DNA of 32,000 nucleotides from Vibrio vulnificus CMCP6 (GTDB lineage Bacteria; Pseudomonadota; Gammaproteobacteria; Enterobacterales; Vibrionaceae): NCBI RefSeq assembly GCF_000039765.1, contig NC_004460.2, positions 1,170,001 to 1,202,000 of the forward strand, read 5' to 3'. Shown piece by piece: positions 26,332 to 32,000 of this stretch (position 1 is its first letter; each line of letters starts with the position of its first letter). The notes under the pieces were generated by a model. It saw only the letters and a program-made list of their open reading frames with translations, ran no database searches and was not told where the DNA came from. The position numbers and the translations under genes were made by a program.

Positions 26332-26367
26332 TAAAACATCTTTTTATTTTATTATCACTGTGATCAA
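26332..26367. promoter_or_regulatory. Conserved ~36-bp control module, copy D (box D1 TAAAACATCTTTTTA + TTTATTATCAC-N-GATCA)
   Basis: AAAACATCTTTTTATTTTATTATCACTGTGATCAAT. It aligns to copies B and C with a 1-nt shift. It lies 50 nt from the anSME start. Confidence 0.45.
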
Positions 26368-26378
26368 TGACAGGTTTT

Positions 26379-26393
26379 TGAAACATCATTTCA
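26379..26393. promoter_or_regulatory. KdgR-like box D2 (TGAAACATCATTTCA) upstream of sulfatase 2
   Basis: The best match in the window to the remembered KdgR consensus core TGAAACAnnnTTTCA. It lies 51-65 nt upstream of ATG 26444. Confidence 0.55.
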
Positions 26394-26443
26394 ATATAAT
26401 AAATGCCCATATAGAAAGTGCATAATATGGCCCCTAAACCACC

Positions 26444-27937
26444 ATGAAAAAACCGAACTTACTCTATGTTTTTCCTGATCAGTTTCGGCTGATGTCCCTT
26501 GGCATATGGCAAGACCCACACTATCAATCGCTGCTGCCAGGCAAGGGCGACCCCGTGTTGACACCCAACCTAGACCACTTTGCCGAGCAAGCCACCTTGC
26601 TCAGCAATGCCGTCAGTAACTGCCCGGTTTGCAGCCCTCATCGCGGCAGCTTATTCACCGGCCAGTTTCCGTCAAAAAGCGGAGTGCCGCTCAACTGCCA
26701 TTCCGATCGCGTTTCCTCCCAACTGCCTGAAAAGGCACGCTGCTTTACCGATGTGCTCAGCGATGCCGGATACTACCTAGGCTACATTGGAAAGTGGCAC
26801 CTTGATTGGCCAACGGAAAACGACCCTGCTAATCCTGGGCAGTATGTGGATAGTAAACGCCCCGCGTGGGACTCCTACACCGAGCCAAACCGTCGCCACG
26901 GCATTGATGAGTGGTATGGCTATGGCACGTTCGATCAACATTGCAATCCGCACTACTACGACACCATTGGGCAGCGCCATGAACCGCGCAAGTGGTCGGC
27001 AGAACATGAAACCGACAAAGCGATTGAGTTTCTTACGCGTCATCAACAGCAACGACCAGAGCAGCCCTTTGCTTTGTTTGTGTCGATGAACCCGCCACAC
27101 AGCCCATACTCGAGTTTGCATGACTGCCGTGAAGCGGATTGGCAGCGTTACTGCGATCAACCTTTAACGTCGTTACTCACGCGAGACAACGCCGACCATC
27201 ACATGGAAAAAGCGCACAGTGCCCCGTTCTATTTCGCCAACGTGACGGGCGTCGACCAAGAGTTTGGTCGCTTGGTCGACACATTAAAAACGCTGGGCGA
27301 ATGGGAGAACACCATTGTGGTCTTTACCAGTGATCACGGTGAAACCTTGTGTAGTCATGGCGTGACCGACGCCAAAAACAGCATTTATAACGAATCCCTC
27401 TGTGTCCCCTTTTTACTGAAAGACGCAATGCAAAACCAAGCGCAGCAACACCCTGCGTTTTTGAGCAGCGCAGACATCATGCCCACCGTATTGGGATTGA
27501 TGGGGCTAAGCGATTTGTGCCCCGATGACATTCACGGTCGCAACCTAGCAGAGGTGTTTCGCTCCCCCTCTGTCGCGGTGGGCCCAACTTGCGCCCTCTA
27601 TTTAAAAAACATCGATAGCCCACCCTGCGCGGATGGCAAGATCCGCGATTACTTTGCCGTCTCGCGAGGGATAAAAACCGAGCGTTACTCGTTGGCGCTG
27701 CACATTGACGCCTTTGGTCAACTCAGCGAGAGCCAATTTTTCGACAATCAAACAGACCCCTATCAAACCAACAACCGCCACTTTGACCCGAATGATCCTG
27801 TCGTGCGTCGCTTACTGCACGCCATGGCTCAAGAACTGGTTCGAGTGGATGATCCGTGGGCAGAGGAGCAAGTGCTTGCTCACCTTCTTCCCTATGATTT
27901 GTTTACTCAGGTTGGCATCAATAAGGAATTTTCATGA
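26444..27937 (+). CDS. Cys-type sulfatase 2, family S1, cytoplasmic
   Basis: MKKPNLLYVFPDQFR... (no signal peptide). FGly motif CPVCSPHRGSLFTG, and GKWHL and TSDHGE motifs are present. Confidence 0.9.
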   Translation: MKKPNLLYVFPDQFRLMSLGIWQDPHYQSLLPGKGDPVLTPNLDHFAEQATLLSNAVSNCPVCSPHRGSLFTGQFPSKSGVPLNCHSDRVSSQLPEKARCFTDVLSDAGYYLGYIGKWHLDWPTENDPANPGQYVDSKRPAWDSYTEPNRRHGIDEWYGYGTFDQHCNPHYYDTIGQRHEPRKWSAEHETDKAIEFLTRHQQQRPEQPFALFVSMNPPHSPYSSLHDCREADWQRYCDQPLTSLLTRDNADHHMEKAHSAPFYFANVTGVDQEFGRLVDTLKTLGEWENTIVVFTSDHGETLCSHGVTDAKNSIYNESLCVPFLLKDAMQNQAQQHPAFLSSADIMPTVLGLMGLSDLCPDDIHGRNLAEVFRSPSVAVGPTCALYLKNIDSPPCADGKIRDYFAVSRGIKTERYSLALHIDAFGQLSESQFFDNQTDPYQTNNRHFDPNDPVVRRLLHAMAQELVRVDDPWAEEQVLAHLLPYDLFTQVGINKEFS

Positions 27938-29400
27938 CAGACCACACGCCCCCAAACGTTATCATTCTCTACGCCGATGACCTTGGCTTTGGCGACTTGA
28001 GTTGCTACGGCGCCAATGACATCCCAACCCCCAACCTCGATAAGTTGGCCCAAGAAGGGCTGAAGTTTCATCAAGGCTACGCCACTGCTGCGACCTGCAC
28101 TCCTTCTCGTTATAGCTTGCTCACGGGCTCTTACCCGTGGCGCAACCCGAAGGCAGCCGTGCTGCCCGGTGATGCACCACAGATCATCACCATTTCTGAT
28201 GCCACTATGCCAAAGATGTTCCAAAAGGCTGGCTATCGCACGGGGATCGTTGGCAAATGGCACTTAGGACTCGGCAATGGCGATCTCGATTTCAATCAAG
28301 AAATTCAAGGCACGCCAAATGATGTCGGTTTTGATGATTCATTCATCATGGCCGCCACCAATGACCGCGTACCTTGTGTTTACATTCACAATCGTCAGGT
28401 GGAAAACTTAGACCCTACCGATCCGATTGAAGTGACATACGATTGGGAGCACGCCTTTGCCGATGTCCCCAATGGTCGCCATAACCCTGAACTGTTGGAT
28501 GTGATGTACGATCACGGCCACGATGGCACCATCATCAATGGGGTCAGCCGTATCGGTCATATGCGTGGTGGGCAGTCCGCCATTTGGAACGATGAAACCA
28601 TGGGGGAAGAGTTCGCGCAAAAAGCCATGGCGTTTATCGAACAACACCAACATCAGCCCTTTTTCCTATACTACGCACTGCATCAGCCGCATGTGCCTCG
28701 CATACCTAACCCACGCTTTCGTGGCGTTACCCCTCACGGCGCGCGTGGCGATGTGATTGTCGAAATGGATTGGTGCATTGGCCAAGTGCTCGACAAACTT
28801 GAGCAGCTCGGACTCAAAGAGAACACGTTGGTGATTTTCTCCAGCGACAACGGACCCGTGCTCAACGACGGTTATAAAGACCGAGCGGTAGAGCTCAATG
28901 GTGAGCACCGCATGGCAGGGCCGTTGCGTGGTGGCAAATACAGCCTGTTTGAAGGCGGGACTCGGGTGCCGTTTATCGTGCGTTGGCCCAATGGCATTGT
29001 CGATGGAGAAACGGATGCCCTGTTCAACCAAGTGGACCTCTACCACTGCTTTGCGCAGCTAACCGGCATTGAGTTGCAAGAGCAGGAAGCGCCTGATAGC
29101 AAACCGCTGCTCGAGACCTTACTGGGCAAAGAACACCAAGGACGCCGCGAAATGGTGCTGGAAGGCATGCAATATAAGAAAGTCTTCCGAGACCAACGTT
29201 ATGCCTATATCCCGCCACATGATGACGACTTCATCTGCCAGTACACTGGCAATGAAAAAGGCAACCTCTCTCGCCCTCAGTTGTACGATTTGCACGATGA
29301 TTTGGGGCAGTTAAATAACCTTGCCGAACTCTATCCAGAAAAAGTCACCGAGTTCGCCGCAGCGCTGGAGCGTCATATCACAGCCCCGCGTACACGTTAA
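27934..29400 (+). CDS. Cys-type sulfatase 3, family S1, cytoplasmic
   Basis: MTDHTPPNVIILYADDLGFGDLSCYG (no signal peptide). FGly motif ATCTPSRYSLLTG, plus GKWHLG, SSDNGP and LYDLHDDLGQLNNL. Its start overlaps the sulfatase-2 stop (ATGA). Confidence 0.92.
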   Translation: MTDHTPPNVIILYADDLGFGDLSCYGANDIPTPNLDKLAQEGLKFHQGYATAATCTPSRYSLLTGSYPWRNPKAAVLPGDAPQIITISDATMPKMFQKAGYRTGIVGKWHLGLGNGDLDFNQEIQGTPNDVGFDDSFIMAATNDRVPCVYIHNRQVENLDPTDPIEVTYDWEHAFADVPNGRHNPELLDVMYDHGHDGTIINGVSRIGHMRGGQSAIWNDETMGEEFAQKAMAFIEQHQHQPFFLYYALHQPHVPRIPNPRFRGVTPHGARGDVIVEMDWCIGQVLDKLEQLGLKENTLVIFSSDNGPVLNDGYKDRAVELNGEHRMAGPLRGGKYSLFEGGTRVPFIVRWPNGIVDGETDALFNQVDLYHCFAQLTGIELQEQEAPDSKPLLETLLGKEHQGRREMVLEGMQYKKVFRDQRYAYIPPHDDDFICQYTGNEKGNLSRPQLYDLHDDLGQLNNLAELYPEKVTEFAAALERHITAPRTR

Positions 29401-29417
29401 ATAACCGCACTAAACCA

Positions 29418-29445
29418 AAGAGCCCGATGAAAACATCGGGCTCTT
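29418..29445. terminator. Bidirectional terminator between sulfatase 3 and the convergent PL8 gene
   Basis: A 12-bp stem AAGAGCCCGATG-AAAA-CATCGGGCTCTT, followed by CTTTT. Confidence 0.85.
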
Positions 29446-29476
29446 CTTTTATCGAAATAAATCACTGAACCTGCGA

Positions 29477-31996
29477 CTACTGCGAGCGCGACAGAACCAG
29501 TTGTGGCGCTTGGGCACTTTCTCGACTGGAGAAACTGACATCAGATTTGCCACTGGCGCTACCAAGATTCTCAAGCACCAAACTCACAACCCCAGATTGC
29601 ATCAACGCGCTGATATCAAGCTCAACCCAGCGGTCTATATCTGCGGGGGTGATGCCAACGCTCGGACCCGTGGCCACGTTAGCGGGTAACGATGCCCAAC
29701 TGATGTTGGACTCGAGCCAGTCGCTGCTCGCCAAGCGTGAGACTGTCACCGTTCGCTCCACATCGCTATTGACATTACGCACATGCAATCGCAGCGTCGC
29801 GTTGGTGGTCGAGTCGATCCCTTGTCCACTCAGATCAAATTGCAGCACCGTTTTTCGGTTGTAACCCGTGCCGTCTTTCTTCACCACAAGATAACTGTTG
29901 CTGCCAAAAGATTGGCTGGCATATTGACCATCGCGGACAAACGCATCTTGTGAAACCATCACCGTTTGAGGAGGTGTAGGTAAGACAGGAGCGGAAAAGT
30001 CGACCAACACGCCCTTGCCCATCCATCTTGGCTCTGAAGACGTCTGCACTGTGGTGTGTTTACTCACTCCTCCCTTGTCAAAGCTCACTTGTACCTGTGT
30101 GCCTTGCCCTGGCGTTGATAAGGTCACGACCGGATCCGCGGCCGATTGATCAATCAGCACCACACTAGCTTGGCTGACCGACAAGGTCGAACCGTCGTGC
30201 AAATTGATACTCCCGGGTTGATGGAAAATCACGCCGGTGACGTTCAAACCTTGATGATGCACCGCCTGCAGAGTGTTGCTGTTACTCAGTACCGCGATCG
30301 GGGATTGCTGTGCGTAAGCCTCCACTTGAGATGCCGTTCGGTTCGGCACAATGATGTATTGATAACTGGCGTTTGTTGGCTGCCAACTGTGGCCAATTCT
30401 CAACATAAACACCTCATCGGACACCACTTCATTCGCCTGACCACGATTGATGTCGTACCAATTACCCGATTGGGTTTGGTTGTTCATATGCCCGTACCAG
30501 TACGCAGGGAAAACGTAGCCAATGCCGTCATGATGCACCCAAGACGCATTGACCAAGGCGCGACTGCCTTTTTCATACACCGCACCGTCGACCGTCACCG
30601 GTCCTTTTAATCGAGTTTGGTTGACCGATGTATTGACATACTCATTTCTCGTTGAGGCTATGCCAGCGCCTAGCGCCACCATTTCATCCTTGAAGCTAAA
30701 CCACGCTTTCTTCGCTTGCGTGCCATAGGCATTCATGTCCATCACTGCAACGCCATAACGACCATCAGAAACGCCGCCAACAAAGCTCGTGTTCATCACG
30801 ATGCTTCCCCAGTCGGCGGGTTTCTCCGCAAACTGAGGGGCAGTCACACCCGGAACCAAAGCCCAGTTCCACACGGGAAAGAGATTGTGGTACTCATCAC
30901 CTCTTTGCATGATAAACATGCTGCCAAAGCCGAGCCAATTGCCCAATAAGTTTTCATTGTTGCCCGCTTCCGTTGGCTCTATACGCAATGAGTTCATCTT
31001 TACGCCAATAAAGTGATTTTCCCCAACCTTGCTTGCATAGTCAGAGCGCCAAAATTGCTTAAAGCCTTCGAAACCAGCCCCCTCTCCTGCAACATGACGA
31101 CGAAACTGCTCCGCTTCCTGAGCACGTTGAGGTGACAAAGCGGCAATATACTGACTTTGCTGCTGCAACGTCGATTTGTCCACGACTTGAACACGACTGA
31201 TTCCTCGACCACGGGCGTTATAGTCTAACGTTCCGTGGCTGTTCATCCAACGGACCCCTTCCAAGAAATAATCGCTGAGCAGATCAATTTGCTCTGGAGA
31301 GAACTTCCATTGCAAATCTCGTACGTGATAAGCCCAAAATGACGCGGTATCAAAAAACACTTCCCCATAACCACCGGTATACAACTGTGCACCATGTTGT
31401 TGGAATGAGTAATCCGCTTGTACCCCTTCGGCTTCGGTGATCACTATGGTTTCCGCAATCCCCTCTAAACCACGCTGAACTTGCGCAGCATCATTCGCCA
31501 GCAAACCACCAAAAATGACCGCTTTGGAAAGATCGGTTCGATTGGCGCCCGTTTTGTACGGCGCACTCGGCATATCGCCTTGAATTAACGTTTTTAAATC
31601 ACTCGGCAGTGCACTGCCTAACATCAGCGCAGCAGGCCCCAAACGAAGTTGTTTACCAATCTCGTTCCACCACCAATTTTTATTGGTTCGATCGGCGGAA
31701 TACCAATAATACATCGCCTCAATCGCTGCTTGCGCGTAACCCGTTTGGGGAAACAAATGTTCGGCAGCGGCCAGCACTCGAATGCGATCTAAATGCTCTC
31801 GGATCGGCTTCTCATCCGTCGCCACGATCGTATAGTCGATGTCTGGCCAACTTCCGTCGGCCAACAAGGCATCGCGATACTGCGTTGCCAGCCCAGAAAG
31901 CGTCTGGCCCTTATTGTCTGCGTTGCGAGATGCTTGCTGGGCGAAATCTGGAGCAACGCGCTGTGATAAGGTCATCACTTCATTCGCCAGACTCAT
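29477..31996 (-). CDS. Polysaccharide lyase family 8 (chondroitin/hyaluronan lyase) with a ~170-aa C-terminal accessory (DNRLRE / CBM-like) domain. The 5' end may extend past the right window edge.
   Basis: PL8 motifs NKNWWWNEIGKQ, TGANRTDL, QADYSFQQHGAQLYTGGYGEVF, YNARGRGISR, FWRSDYAS. The C-terminal tail (about 29477..29983) reads DAFVRDGQYASQSFGSNSYLVVKK...RKTVLQFDLSG...ATLRLHV...SDWLESNISWASLP. The codon upstream of ATG 31996 is still open (CCT), and no signal peptide is visible in the window. Confidence 0.88.
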   Translation of the reverse strand: MSLANEVMTLSQRVAPDFAQQASRNADNKGQTLSGLATQYRDALLADGSWPDIDYTIVATDEKPIREHLDRIRVLAAAEHLFPQTGYAQAAIEAMYYWYSADRTNKNWWWNEIGKQLRLGPAALMLGSALPSDLKTLIQGDMPSAPYKTGANRTDLSKAVIFGGLLANDAAQVQRGLEGIAETIVITEAEGVQADYSFQQHGAQLYTGGYGEVFFDTASFWAYHVRDLQWKFSPEQIDLLSDYFLEGVRWMNSHGTLDYNARGRGISRVQVVDKSTLQQQSQYIAALSPQRAQEAEQFRRHVAGEGAGFEGFKQFWRSDYASKVGENHFIGVKMNSLRIEPTEAGNNENLLGNWLGFGSMFIMQRGDEYHNLFPVWNWALVPGVTAPQFAEKPADWGSIVMNTSFVGGVSDGRYGVAVMDMNAYGTQAKKAWFSFKDEMVALGAGIASTRNEYVNTSVNQTRLKGPVTVDGAVYEKGSRALVNASWVHHDGIGYVFPAYWYGHMNNQTQSGNWYDINRGQANEVVSDEVFMLRIGHSWQPTNASYQYIIVPNRTASQVEAYAQQSPIAVLSNSNTLQAVHHQGLNVTGVIFHQPGSINLHDGSTLSVSQASVVLIDQSAADPVVTLSTPGQGTQVQVSFDKGGVSKHTTVQTSSEPRWMGKGVLVDFSAPVLPTPPQTVMVSQDAFVRDGQYASQSFGSNSYLVVKKDGTGYNRKTVLQFDLSGQGIDSTTNATLRLHVRNVNSDVERTVTVSRLASSDWLESNISWASLPANVATGPSVGITPADIDRWVELDISALMQSGVVSLVLENLGSASGKSDVSFSSRESAQAPQLVLSRSQ

Positions 31997-32000
31997 AGGA

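Noticed and set aside
1-31996. The two PL8 genes as recent direct repeats flanking a mobile island
   Set aside because: The paralogs are only moderately similar at the DNA level (roughly three-quarters identity in the best-conserved stretch I compared by eye). They are functional-looking genes, not terminal repeats, and there are no associated mobility genes.
1-32000. Search for CRISPR arrays, tRNA/rRNA genes, IS elements, integrases, phage or toxin-antitoxin/defence modules
   Set aside because: There are no regularly spaced direct repeats, no cloverleaf-like or rRNA-like segments, and no transposase, integrase or defence-type ORFs. All long ORFs are accounted for by carbohydrate metabolism, transport or chemotaxis functions.

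Overview
The window is almost entirely one densely packed polysaccharide-utilisation locus. The host looks like a Vibrionaceae-type gammaproteobacterium, but that is a guess from gene content and cannot be checked here. The locus targets sulfated glycosaminoglycans (GAGs) of the chondroitin sulfate / hyaluronan type.

Gene order, with '<-' marking minus-strand genes:
- Left block: PL8 lyase (partial, runs off the left edge, no signal peptide) <- GH112 beta-1,3-galactosyl-HexNAc phosphorylase <- GH88 unsaturated glucuronyl hydrolase <- kduD <- galT <- galE <- SulP/STAS permease.
- A ~1.05-kb AT-rich control region.
- Middle block: OprD-like porin (+), an HPP-family gene remnant (+), then MCP chemoreceptor <- fused double ABC ATPase <- two permeases <- (~0.95-kb gap, ~0.9 kb of it non-coding spacer) <- family-5 solute-binding protein <- DUF2264 protein.
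- Right block: sulfatase 1 (+), anaerobic sulfatase-maturating radical-SAM enzyme (-), sulfatases 2 and 3 (+, 4-nt overlap), and a second PL8 lyase (-) with a C-terminal accessory beta-sandwich-like domain.

I saw no rRNA, tRNA, CRISPR array, IS/transposase/integrase or transcription-factor gene.

Only the porin and the solute-binding protein carry visible signal peptides. All three sulfatases, GH88, DUF2264, GH112 and the left-hand PL8 are leaderless. This implies an 'import first, then desulfate and depolymerise in the cytoplasm' logic.

Main second-look items:
1. Eleven KdgR-like boxes (RAAAY-N-TTTYA type) sit in every promoter-bearing intergenic region, yet no regulator gene is in the window.
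2. A ~36-bp module is conserved in three control regions.
3. A GNB/LNB-type phosphorolytic galactoside branch (GH112 + galT + galE with Cys at the HexNAc gatekeeper position) is embedded in the GAG locus.
4. An uncharacterised DUF2264 protein heads the importer genes.
5. A SulP permease abuts galE and may dispose of the released sulfate.
6. An orphan terminator and a G-depleted tract lie in the large intergenic region.
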